Shown here: piece after piece, positions 10,344 through 19,703 of the stretch | How the letters are laid out: every line of letters starts with the position of its first letter | Numbering within the stretch: position 1 is the stretch's first letter | DNA from: Myxococcota bacterium | GTDB taxonomy: Bacteria > Myxococcota_A > SURF-8 | Assembly (NCBI GenBank): GCA_963674735.2 | Contig: CAXXQS010000001.1 | Span: 64,001-128,000, forward strand | Length of the DNA stretch: 64,000 nucleotides | Direction: 5' to 3' | The notes under the pieces: generated by a model | Told to the model about the DNA's origin: nothing | The model's database searches: none | The model's input: the letters and a program-made list of their open reading frames with translations, nothing else | Program-made: the position numbers and the translations under genes

Positions 10344-11930
10344 ATGCGAAATGGTGAATGGCGATTTGTGTCGATCTCGATCCTGGCGGTCTTGCTGATT
10401 ACGCTCCTTCTCGTGGGTTGCGGAAGTGATAGCGACGATTCGGACGGAAGCGATGGCGATTCTGAAACCACCGACGGCGACACGGATGCTCCCGATACGG
10501 ATGGCGACCAGGATGGTGTCGCGGATGGCGACAGCGAAACATCCGATGGCGATCTGGAGCCTGAACAAGAAGCCGAAGCCGAGGCGCTGGGTCCGTATGA
10601 GGCCTTGGAAGGGCAGGGCTCGACGCTGCGCGAAATGCTAGGCGTTTCCACTCACATGTCCCAGCGCGAGGGAGAGAACGCGCAACGCGATTTTGAGTTC
10701 GAGCGCTATGTCGAGATCGGCGGCGCGAACATTCGCGAAGATTACCACTGGGAAACCATCGAGCCCGTGGACGACGAATGGCACTTCGAGGTCGTTGAGA
10801 AGCAGGTGGAAATGGCCAAGGAGCGCAACATGCGCATTCTGGCGATGTTGGCCTACGGGGTGGATTGGGCTACCGAGGATTCGAATGAGGATACCATCGA
10901 TCCGGCCAATTACGCTGATTTTGCCGGGAATCTGGCGGCGCATTTCTGCGATGACATCAAGGATTACGAACTCTGGAACGAGCCGAACATCTCCCGTTTC
11001 TGGTCGCCCGAACCCAACCCCGCCACGTATGGCGCGTTGTTCAAGGCCGGCGCGCTCGCCATCAAAGAAGTCTGCCCGGACGCGCGTGTTTACTACGGCG
11101 GCGTCTGTGCCTACTCACTCGATGATGTCACCGATTTGTGGTGGTTCATCTACGACCATATCGCGGCTTTCCCCGATATCTGCGACTATATGGACGTCAT
11201 TTCCATTCATCCCTACACGCTGATGCAGAAGCCCTCGCCCGAGTGGGACGGCAATTACGGCGAAGACTTGACCTTCGTGGGGCAGAGCGGCATTACGGCG
11301 GCGGCGCGCGAGGCTTTCGCGACGGCCGGTTGCGGCGATCTGCCGGTGGTCTACAGTGAACATGGCTGGCCGTCTTACGAACTGACCGAAGACGAACAGG
11401 GCTATTTCCTGGCGCGCTCGTATCTGTTGGCTGCGCGGGACAACGTGGAAAGCTATTACTGGTATACGTTCTGGGATGGCTATCCCACCACCGAGGGCCT
11501 GCGCCCGCACGAAGATTACTTCGGCCTGTTCGGATATCGTGGCGAGGACGGCACCAATCGTCGCGCCAAGGCGAGTTGGTATGCGATGAAGGGGCTGGCC
11601 GACGTTCTCGGCGACCATCGTTTCGCCCGCGATTTGAGCGAAACCTTCGAGTTGCCGACGGATGTCTACGCCTTGGCCTTCGTCAATGAGGACGGAGACT
11701 TGGCGTTGGCGGTGTGGGACGGGCGCGACAACCCCGACGAGGGAGTCGAGCCGCCGATGGAAGGCGGTCCCGACACGAGTTTCGACCTCGCGTTGCCCTT
11801 GCCCGACTGGGCCACCTCCGTTGGAATCTTCGATATCACCGGTGCGGAAGTCGAGTCGCGCGCGGTTTCGGGGAGTGTGGACCTCACGCTCACCCGCTCG
11901 GTGCTTTACATCAAACCGGTGGTGGAGTAA
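10344..11930 (+). CDS. Lipoprotein glycoside hydrolase, clan GH-A (GH39/GH5-like), with DGD linker
   Basis: Lipobox LLVGC, DGD-repeat linker, YELWNEPN acid/base, SIHPY, VVYSEHGWP nucleophile, FGL; RBS AAGGAG. Confidence 0.8.
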   Translation: MRNGEWRFVSISILAVLLITLLLVGCGSDSDDSDGSDGDSETTDGDTDAPDTDGDQDGVADGDSETSDGDLEPEQEAEAEALGPYEALEGQGSTLREMLGVSTHMSQREGENAQRDFEFERYVEIGGANIREDYHWETIEPVDDEWHFEVVEKQVEMAKERNMRILAMLAYGVDWATEDSNEDTIDPANYADFAGNLAAHFCDDIKDYELWNEPNISRFWSPEPNPATYGALFKAGALAIKEVCPDARVYYGGVCAYSLDDVTDLWWFIYDHIAAFPDICDYMDVISIHPYTLMQKPSPEWDGNYGEDLTFVGQSGITAAAREAFATAGCGDLPVVYSEHGWPSYELTEDEQGYFLARSYLLAARDNVESYYWYTFWDGYPTTEGLRPHEDYFGLFGYRGEDGTNRRAKASWYAMKGLADVLGDHRFARDLSETFELPTDVYALAFVNEDGDLALAVWDGRDNPDEGVEPPMEGGPDTSFDLALPLPDWATSVGIFDITGAEVESRAVSGSVDLTLTRSVLYIKPVVE

Positions 11931-11974
11931 GCGGCGACGTCGTTATTGGGGAAAGGATTCATCGAGAACGGATT

Positions 11975-12439
11975 TCAAAGCGTTAAGACAAAATTGACCA
12001 TCGTCGTTCTTTCTTTGAATCCGCGTTCTTGGTAAAACCTGCGCTGATAGCTGTCGCGGTTTTCGCCGTTGAGCAACGACAATCGCGAACAGCCGCGTCG
12101 GACGGCCTCGCGTCGAATTTCGTCAAGGAGTTTCGATCCGACACCCGCACCTCGTGTATTTGCGTCGATGAACAACTCGGATATGTACCCTTCCGGTGCG
12201 GGAAGGACCAGGTACGGATTCCAATGGACGGCGGCATATCCGATGAGTTTGTCGTTTCGATGGGCGACGAGGACCGTGTGACTGGTGTCGGCCAGACAAA
12301 GCGCAAGCTGCGCGGCGACGCGCTCTTGAGATAAATGCGGGTTTTCTTCGTTCATCCAGGGAAACATCCCAAGATTCTTCATGAATAGTGCCAATGCTTC
12401 TGCGTCGGGCGGCATGGCTTTTCGGATTGCGATGTCCAT
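11975..12439 (-). CDS. GNAT-family N-acetyltransferase
   Basis: YISELFIDANTRGAGVGSKLL acetyl-CoA motif, FYQERGF. Confidence 0.85.
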   Translation of the reverse strand: MDIAIRKAMPPDAEALALFMKNLGMFPWMNEENPHLSQERVAAQLALCLADTSHTVLVAHRNDKLIGYAAVHWNPYLVLPAPEGYISELFIDANTRGAGVGSKLLDEIRREAVRRGCSRLSLLNGENRDSYQRRFYQERGFKERTTMVNFVLTL

Positions 12440-12675
12440 CGGCGGACCTCCTTTTCGGTGGGTCGCATCATCGGCATCGGATGTTAGCATCGTGGTTTAT
12501 TTTTGTGAAGTTTGCAATTTCGGCATAATTGCCGACACAATGTTATCCGGCATATTGGATAATGGATTTGATCATTTTTCTGATTGCATCGAGGGATCGC
12601 ATTGCAATCCGATTTTAGAATACGGAACAGATCCGACCTCTTAAACCAAACGATAACCGCGTGAAAGGAGCCGTC

Positions 12676-13554
12676 ATGTCCCTTTGCACCGAACGGACGA
12701 ATGTTCTGAGCGAGCTGCTGATGCTCCTCAAACTCGAAACGATCGAAGAAAACATTTTCCGTGGCCGCAGCCAGGATCTCGGCTTCGGCAATATCTTCGG
12801 TGGGCAGGTTTTGGGACAGGCCTTATCGGCCATGTCGCAAACCGTCCCGCCCGAACGACCGGTGCATAGTTTACAGGCTTACTTCATGCGTCCCGGCGAT
12901 CCGACCCGGCCCATCGTCTATCAGGTCGATCCCATCCGCGACGGCGGAAGCTTCACCACCCGGCGCTGCGTCGCCATCCAGAAGGGGCGCGCCATTTTCT
13001 CGGTGTCGGGCTCGTTTCAGATCGTCGAGGACGGCTTCGAGCATCAGGCCGAGATGCCGCAGGTGGACGGTCCCGAGGGCTTGGAGTCCGAGTTGGAGTT
13101 GACCCGCCGCATCAGCGAGCAGATCCCCGAGCGTATTCGTTCGAAGCTGACCTGCGACCGGCCCATCGAAATCCGGCGCGTCGATCCGATCGATCCCTTC
13201 AACCCCGAAAAACGCGAACCCACCCGCTTTGCCTGGTTCCGCGCCATCGGTCCGCTTCCCGAAGATCCGGTGATCCATCGCTATATGTTGGCCTATGCCT
13301 CCGATTTCGGGTTGGTGGGCACCTCGCTGAGCCCGCACGGCACCACCTACTGGGATCGTCGCATGCAGGTGGCCAGTTTGGATCACGCCATGTGGTTTCA
13401 TCGCGATGTACGAATGGATGATTGGCTGCTCTACGCCATGCACAGCCCCAGCGCCTCCGGCGCGCGCGGCATGAATTTCGGACGCATCTACACGCAAGAC
13501 GGCCGCCTGGTAGCCTCGACCGCCCAGGAAGGACTCATTCGCTTTCGCGGGTGA
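12676..13554 (+). CDS. tesB: Acyl-CoA thioesterase II
   Basis: IFGGQVLGQAL, HSLQAYF, RDGGSF, LAYASDF, ASLDHAMWFH, STAQEGL. Confidence 0.95.
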   Translation: MSLCTERTNVLSELLMLLKLETIEENIFRGRSQDLGFGNIFGGQVLGQALSAMSQTVPPERPVHSLQAYFMRPGDPTRPIVYQVDPIRDGGSFTTRRCVAIQKGRAIFSVSGSFQIVEDGFEHQAEMPQVDGPEGLESELELTRRISEQIPERIRSKLTCDRPIEIRRVDPIDPFNPEKREPTRFAWFRAIGPLPEDPVIHRYMLAYASDFGLVGTSLSPHGTTYWDRRMQVASLDHAMWFHRDVRMDDWLLYAMHSPSASGARGMNFGRIYTQDGRLVASTAQEGLIRFRG

Positions 13555-13585
13555 AGGGTGACACGCTTCAGCATGGAAGCATCGA

Positions 13586-13685
13586 AACCTCACCCGCCGA
13601 CCAAAAGTCGGCGACCTCTCCCCCGGGGAGAGGCGATTTGCCCTCTCCACATTGGAGAGGGTCCGCAAAGCGGATGGGTGAGGTT
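13586..13685. repeat. REP-like multi-hairpin palindromic element between convergent genes
   Basis: AACCTCACCC..GGGTGAGGTT outer arms enclose GCCGAC/GTCGGC, CCTCTCCCC/GGGGAGAGG and CCCTCTCCA/TGGAGAGGG hairpins. Confidence 0.7.
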
Positions 13686-13754
13686 GCAACCGGAGCCCGT
13701 CGGCGACGCGCTCCAGCGCGCCTGCCAGCACTCCGGCAAACTTGTGAACAAACG

Positions 13755-15764
13755 CTACCGATTCGGCGTCAGGTCGACGGTCAGAACCACCCCCGAAACA
13801 CTCACGCCACCGTAGCCCTCTACGACAACGGTGTAATCCATATAGGCCTCAACCGACGCCGTCAGGTTCGAACAGGTGTCATACCCGCCATCATCATCAT
13901 ACGCGATTTCGCCGGATTGCGAATCGCTCAATCTGAGAATCGTGTCGCCGGGACAACCGCCCGACCCGTTCGAGGTGTACAGATTGAGACTGTAATTCTG
14001 GGTTGGCCTAAACGTCAACGTTACGGCTTTATTTTCTGGAATGTCGAAGGAATAATCGCCTGCCCCGGTAATCGTGATGGGAGGAAGCGGGCGATCTTCG
14101 ATGCAGTAGCACACATGCGACATGTGTGAATTGTGGTAGGCGGTCGAGCAACTGGTGAGGATCGTCGCTTCAACGTTCTCGATGGTCGAAAAATCGCCGG
14201 TCAGCAAGCAGCCGATTCCGGTTCCGTCTACCGGGATGGACTGGCTGTGATAGTAGACATAGCAAGAGTCGATGGGTCGCGGCGGTGCGCAGCTAAGCCC
14301 CCAGGAATCACAGATTTGATCGCAACTCCACGAGTTGGACGCCTGATTCGGCGGCCAGTTGCGGCTGACTTTGAAAATGCAGTTTCCCTCGTGGCAGTCT
14401 TCGGAAAAAAACGTGTAGCCGCTGTTGTCGAAGGTGTCCGGTGCCGGAAGATACGAATCCATCTCATCCCAACAACTGCGGTCGCATTCACCGCAGTCAT
14501 AAACGTCGCTGGCTAAATCTTCGCAGGTTCCAGCGCAGTTGGTTCCCACCCCTTCACAAGGATCGCCGCATTGACTGCTTTCACAGACGGCTTGGCCGCC
14601 GGTCGCATCGGGGCAAGCATTCTCGCAGACACCGCAGTTATCCGGGTCGCTTGAAAGATTGGTGGAGCCATCCGCGCATTGGCAGGTGGAGGATTCGCAA
14701 TGCATTCCGTTTTGGCAGGCATGGCCGCATTGACCGCAATGGTTGTCATCATCGGAGGTGTCGCGGCACAGCCCGCTGCATTCGGCTTCGCCGCTCGGGC
14801 ACCGACAGTTGCGGCTCGAACACACCTGGTCGTAGCGGCAAGTGATATCGCATCCGCCGCAATCGTTGGGGCTATCGAGATCCGTGCATGCACCGTCGCA
14901 GGCACCGTCCGAGCCGCAAGCGAGAGTGATTCCTTTGGAATCGGAAGCCGTATTGCCGCTCTGATCGTAAAACACCGCATTGAAAGTCCGGGTTATCGGG
15001 GCCAGGAAATTGATGGCGCGAATCAGATGAATATCATTCCATGAAACGGTCAGCGAGTAAGCCCCTTCGGAGGCCGAGGTGGAAAAGGCACCGTAGGTTT
15101 GGCCGTTTACCGCGTCTTTCAGGCTTCCGCCGATCAAGTCGTCGATTCCATCCGGGTCGGTCACGACGACGGTGAAAATCACGGATTGTCCCTCAGTGAT
15201 TTGCGTGACATTGGTATCGAAACTCAGCACGCGCGGCGGTTGTCCTTCGGTTCCCACGCATTGGCCATTTTGGCAGTCACCGGCTTGGCATTGACCGCAA
15301 CTGCCGCCGCAACCATCCGTGCCGCAGGCTTTGCCCGCGCAATCGGGAACGCAGGAATCGCCATCCTGATCGCCATCCGGAATGGAGGTGTCCTGATCGT
15401 CATCCTGGTCGCCGTCCGGAACCGTTGTGTCCTCGTCGCCGTCCGGTATGCTGGTTTCCTGATCGCCGTCGCTCGATTGAGGCTGGCAGTCGGGGCCGAG
15501 GACTTCGACGTAACCGGGATGACATTCGCAACGTGCTTGTTGCAAAACATCCAAATAGCAATAGCCGAAAAGGGAACAGGTGACGCCTTCGCAACTCGTT
15601 TTGACAGCCGGCAGGTCCGTCTCGGTTCCATCTCCGTCCGTGTCGGGATCGTCCTTTTTGTGGCGACTGCTGTCGGAACTGTCTTCCTGACACGCGGTCA
15701 TTCCCCCGATTAAACAGGCTGTAATGAGGAGGCAGGCGAATAAGCTAAAAAGACTGGGTTTCAT
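13755..15764 (-). CDS. Cys-rich mosaic surface lipoprotein (EGF-like, DGD linker, Ig-like, DxxNCGxC repeats, PPC-like C-terminus)
   Basis: Lipobox MTAC, DGDQ/DGDE repeats, CVPDCAGKACGTDGCGGSCG, four D..(N/H/D)CGxC repeats, C-terminal GDTILRL..AYDDDGG..CS; RBS AGGAG. Confidence 0.78.
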   Translation of the reverse strand: MKPSLFSLFACLLITACLIGGMTACQEDSSDSSRHKKDDPDTDGDGTETDLPAVKTSCEGVTCSLFGYCYLDVLQQARCECHPGYVEVLGPDCQPQSSDGDQETSIPDGDEDTTVPDGDQDDDQDTSIPDGDQDGDSCVPDCAGKACGTDGCGGSCGQCQAGDCQNGQCVGTEGQPPRVLSFDTNVTQITEGQSVIFTVVVTDPDGIDDLIGGSLKDAVNGQTYGAFSTSASEGAYSLTVSWNDIHLIRAINFLAPITRTFNAVFYDQSGNTASDSKGITLACGSDGACDGACTDLDSPNDCGGCDITCRYDQVCSSRNCRCPSGEAECSGLCRDTSDDDNHCGQCGHACQNGMHCESSTCQCADGSTNLSSDPDNCGVCENACPDATGGQAVCESSQCGDPCEGVGTNCAGTCEDLASDVYDCGECDRSCWDEMDSYLPAPDTFDNSGYTFFSEDCHEGNCIFKVSRNWPPNQASNSWSCDQICDSWGLSCAPPRPIDSCYVYYHSQSIPVDGTGIGCLLTGDFSTIENVEATILTSCSTAYHNSHMSHVCYCIEDRPLPPITITGAGDYSFDIPENKAVTLTFRPTQNYSLNLYTSNGSGGCPGDTILRLSDSQSGEIAYDDDGGYDTCSNLTASVEAYMDYTVVVEGYGGVSVSGVVLTVDLTPNR

Positions 15765-15851
15765 ACTCCTGATCCTTCTTGAGAATGTGTTCAATTGGTT
15801 GTAACCGGGCAGCCAATTGACGTCACATGACGGCATGGTGAAATCCGAGTC

Positions 15852-15902
15852 AATGTAGGGTGATTGGAGAAAAATGTCAACCGTGATCGACACCGTGATC
15901 GA
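15852..15902 (-). promoter_or_regulatory. Sigma70-type promoter of the Cys-rich lipoprotein gene with tandem direct repeats upstream of -35
   Basis: Minus-strand TTGACA (15875-15880) N17 TACATT (15852-15857); ACCGTGATCGA twice at 15880-15890 and 15892-15902. Confidence 0.5.
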
Positions 15903-16616
15903 ACAATCGTGGATGCCGGAGGGGAAAACGCGGGGGCTTGTCGAAACCCCAAACGTGAGCCGGAAGCGGGTTCTGCTTCGCCCCTCATGCTTGTCTTTAA
16001 TTTCTTCCTTTCCGGTTCGCTTTTAGCGCCGGATGCGCCCGATGCGTTGTTCTGGCCGTTTGCCTGTTTCTATCTAGCTTCGCTCGATGCGCCCGATGCG
16101 CCGTTGAAACCGCCTCACATTTTTCGGCAGGAGGAAAACCGATAGGAAAACAAGGAATGCCCTAATATGTCACACCTGTTGGACGACTTGTGGATGGTGG
16201 GTCGTGTTTCGGAGAAAAAGCACAGCCCTTGAAATTGGTAGACGGATTGTGTTTGGCCCGTCATAACGGGCGAAGATCGCTTTTCCACTTAAGGCGTCCC
16301 GCATTTTTATATGGACTAACTAAGGTGAAAATAGATACTAAATGGTGTATAGCGAACTATACTAAATATAAAATAGTAAATAGAATTATAAGGCATGCCA
16401 AAGACGAAGGTGTATCTATATGATATTACAGGAGAATGCCGAATATGCGCGATGCACCCTTGAGGCGCACCTTCCCGGCGGAGGCAAAACACCTAAAAGA
16501 GTCAGGATTATCAATGCTTTTGCGATCCGCGAGTGGGTATTCAGCTTGTTTTTTCCTCGGATGGAGGCTGAGGATCATAAAAAAGCGGTGACGCAAGCGA
16601 GGCGGCGGATTACTCG

Positions 16617-17837
16617 TTAGGTGAGCTGAGAAGCCGTCTGCCAGGCAGGCGGGTTGTCCATTTCTTCCAGAAAATCGATGGGAATGTTCGGCAGCGCGTC
16701 GGCGAAAGCGGCCAGTTCGGCCATGCGGCGGTCGGCGCGGGATGCATAAGTCTTGAGTCGTTCGCGGATGATCGAGGCGGTTATGCCGATCGTCGCCAGC
16801 GTGCGGCCCCGAAACAGGCGGCGATTGTGCCAGATATTCAAGGTCGCGATGCGACCGGCCTCGCCGTAAAGGCGCATCCAGGATTGACCGTCGCCTTTGA
16901 TCGAAAGACCGGCGGCGGTCGGATCGGCGGCCAGCAGCAGGTCGAGGAATTGCCGCGCCGGTTCGTGTCGATTGTCGCCTTGCGGCTTGAACAGAGTCAG
17001 GACACGGTCGAGATCGCGCAGGTGTGCGTCGGATCCGCCCAGCATTAAAAGGGGTCGGGAGCCGTTGGAAGCGAGCCGCTCGGCATAATCGCGGGCGTCG
17101 TGGCTGAGCACGTTTTGTTGGCGCGGATCGTCGATCAACGCGTTGTGGAAGGCCACCCAGCGTGCGAGATGGGGAGCGCTGTCGGCCGGAAATCCGCCAT
17201 TGAGAATTTCGACGGCACGGACCTGCGAAATGACGGCCTGCAATTCCGGGAAGGTCAGATCGTGGCCATCCATCGGATGCGGAAGCGCATAGGCGTAGCC
17301 CCATTTTTCGATCAACGCCAGAGTGCTGTAGAATTCGAGATCCTCCGCGCCTTCCGGGACGCAATCGGCGTACAATGTATCGAGATCGGCCTGCGTCAGC
17401 CCGTAATAAGGGGCGTCCGGGTCGTCGTCGCGCAAGTGGGGCGGGCCGTAAAGCAGGATTTCGGGGGCGCGTTTGTAGCGTGCTTCCGCCTCCGACCAGA
17501 CCGTGCAACTCAGTTCGACGCCGAGAATCACGCGCGGATAAGTTTTGGCCAGCTGGAGATTGCGAGCGTGCAGTTCATGGGAACGCAGGCCGACGTGGTC
17601 GGTCAGGCAAAGGACGTCGATATCGAGGTGGCGACCGGCTGCGATGCTCTCCAATTGAGTGAAGGGAATCAGGCATTCGCTCCAGTTGACCTGCCGGGCG
17701 CGTTCGGGGCCGCATATCCGGCGGATGCCCGCCTCAACGTACGGAAACAAAGGGCTGGCGGGTCCATCGGAGGCCGGACTATGCAAGTGCGTAATGGCAC
17801 GGAAACGGCGGTTCTGAGTTTTGGCGAGTGTGTGCAT
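16617..17837 (-). CDS. PHP-domain metal-dependent phosphoesterase-like protein
   Basis: THLHS, CLTDH, GVELS, LPHP, EILNG, GGSDAH are the full PHP motif set. Confidence 0.8.
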   Translation of the reverse strand: MHTLAKTQNRRFRAITHLHSPASDGPASPLFPYVEAGIRRICGPERARQVNWSECLIPFTQLESIAAGRHLDIDVLCLTDHVGLRSHELHARNLQLAKTYPRVILGVELSCTVWSEAEARYKRAPEILLYGPPHLRDDDPDAPYYGLTQADLDTLYADCVPEGAEDLEFYSTLALIEKWGYAYALPHPMDGHDLTFPELQAVISQVRAVEILNGGFPADSAPHLARWVAFHNALIDDPRQQNVLSHDARDYAERLASNGSRPLLMLGGSDAHLRDLDRVLTLFKPQGDNRHEPARQFLDLLLAADPTAAGLSIKGDGQSWMRLYGEAGRIATLNIWHNRRLFRGRTLATIGITASIIRERLKTYASRADRRMAELAAFADALPNIPIDFLEEMDNPPAWQTASQLT

Positions 17838-18344
17838 GATTCGGTTGCAAAACTCCATGCGATTGGAAAGCACAGATGGATGATCGAGCCAAACAAACAG
17901 GAGCTTTTGTTAGCAGAGGGCGAGGCTAAATGCAAGTAAAAAGTGAAACGGTCAAATGTAACAGGAAAGCTCGAACTGTATAATATGACAGGAGTATTCG
18001 TCCCGCCTATTCAGGCGTAGGTTTGCTGCCGGAGTGGGGGGCAGGGTTGAAAAGCGCGTGCGAAAAATCAGCCGCAGCAGACGACAACCAGCGCCAGCAC
18101 GATCGTCCATAAATAGCGCATTGGAAATCCTTTTCCATCTTGGTGTCTGACAAAAGCGTAAAAAACCATCGGTATTCAACGACTGTTCTATAAATCGGTT
18201 GTCGGCCGGATGTATTGAGTGTTTTTCTCGAAATTCTTCAGGAGGGATGCGTGGTTCGGCAAAAGGGCGTGACAGCGGAGGAGAATCTGCGCTATAATTC
18301 CTTCCATTGCAGACAATTCAATCGATCGAAAAATGGGAGGAAAC

Positions 18345-18737
18345 ATGAAACGCAAACAAGTTTTGGGCTGCATGCTTTTTATTCTGCTGTTGAGTGCCGT
18401 TATTGTTTTTGCCGGGTGCGGCGGCGATGATGATGAGAGTAGCGATGGCGATGAAGTCAATGGCGGCGAGCCGCTCGTGTGTGACGATGATTTGAGCGAT
18501 GGCGGATTCGGCGGCATGACCAAGGCGGGTTGCGACACGGTCCAGGGAGCCTGTGAGAATGCCGTAACCGTCGGTAATAATGAATGGTATCCCTGCACGG
18601 ACGATCCCGATTGCTGCTGCTACGATGAGCCTTTCGACGGTGTCGACGACGTCTATCCCTGCCAGTACGACAGCTGCACGCAGGACGGCTATTGCGACGA
18701 AAACTGCGGCGATGTGGAAGATCCGGATTGCGATTAA
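18345..18737 (+). CDS. Small Cys/Asp-rich lipoprotein, paralogue 1 (short linker)
   Basis: Lipobox VFAGC; about 85-aa domain PLVCDDDLSDGGFGG..PCTDDPDCCCYDE..DPDCD; RBS GGAGG. Confidence 0.8.
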   Translation: MKRKQVLGCMLFILLLSAVIVFAGCGGDDDESSDGDEVNGGEPLVCDDDLSDGGFGGMTKAGCDTVQGACENAVTVGNNEWYPCTDDPDCCCYDEPFDGVDDVYPCQYDSCTQDGYCDENCGDVEDPDCD

Positions 18738-18779
18738 CTTCTATTGAAAGATCAATCGATAATAAGGATAGGAAAAACC

Positions 18780-19277
18780 ATGAAACGCAAACAAGTTTTG
18801 AGCTGCTTGCTTTTCGTCCTGATGTTGAGTGCCGTTATTGTTTTTGCCGGGTGCGGTGATGATGATGATCCGAGCAGCGATGGCGACAATGCCGATGGCG
18901 ACGATCCCGACGGCGACGATCCCGACGGCGACGATCCCGATGGCGACGACCCCGACGGCGACGACCCCGACGGCGACGACCCCGACGGTGACGATCCCGA
19001 CGGTGACGACCCGCTCGTGTGTGACGATGATTTGAGCGATGGCGGCTTCGGCGGCATGGCCGCTGCGGGCTGCGACACGGTACAGGGCATCTGCGAGAAT
19101 GCCGTAACCGTCGGTAATAATGAATGGTATCCCTGCACGGACGATCCCGATTGCTGCTGTTACGATGAACCTTTCGACGGCGTCGACGACGTCTATCCCT
19201 GCCAGTATGACAGCTGCACACAGGACGGCTATTGCGACGAAAACTGCGGAGTGGTGGACGATCCGGATTGCGATTAA
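18780..19277 (+). CDS. Small Cys/Asp-rich lipoprotein, paralogue 2 (long DGDDP linker)
   Basis: Near-identical signal peptide and Cys domain to 18345-18737, plus eight DGDDP units. Confidence 0.82.
   Translation: MKRKQVLSCLLFVLMLSAVIVFAGCGDDDDPSSDGDNADGDDPDGDDPDGDDPDGDDPDGDDPDGDDPDGDDPDGDDPLVCDDDLSDGGFGGMAAAGCDTVQGICENAVTVGNNEWYPCTDDPDCCCYDEPFDGVDDVYPCQYDSCTQDGYCDENCGVVDDPDCD
18894..19013 (+). repeat. Coding tandem repeat, 8 x 15 bp (DGDDP)
   Basis: GAYGGYGACGAYCCS repeated eight times. Confidence 0.95.
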
Positions 19278-19703
19278 GCCTCTGTTGCAAGGGTAATCGA
19301 TAAAAGGCGGGGAAAAACCATGAAACGGACAGGTGGCGGTGTTTCATGGGTGGCAAAGTCTCACGGTCGAGAACCGGGGGGCTGTGTGTCTTTAAATATA
19401 GATCCGATACCATATCCTCATCATCGAAAAAGGAAAGTACAGCCACCCAAGCTTCGCTTGTGAGATTTGCTACCCTTAACGGTTCATGGATTTCATGGCC
19501 TGTCCCGGCCAGCCGTCGGGTTCTGATCACGTTCTATACTTATCGCTTCAACGAATCGAAACGTCGGGAACCCCCCGGCGTTTTTTGTGGGGTAACTCCA
19601 AGTCTTTCATTGCTTGATTTCCAATCGCTTGTTTGTTATAAGCCCAAGTCGATAATTGTTCCTGATGCGAAATACTTGTTGTTTGATTGTGAAAGGATCT
19701 GTC

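Noticed and set aside
18345-19277. Diversity-generating retroelement template/variable repeat pair
   Set aside because: Both copies are complete genes, differences are not adenine-specific and there is no reverse transcriptase in the window
19320-19463. Short ORF from the third ATGAAACG start
   Set aside because: No signal peptide or similarity beyond MKR; treated as a duplication remnant
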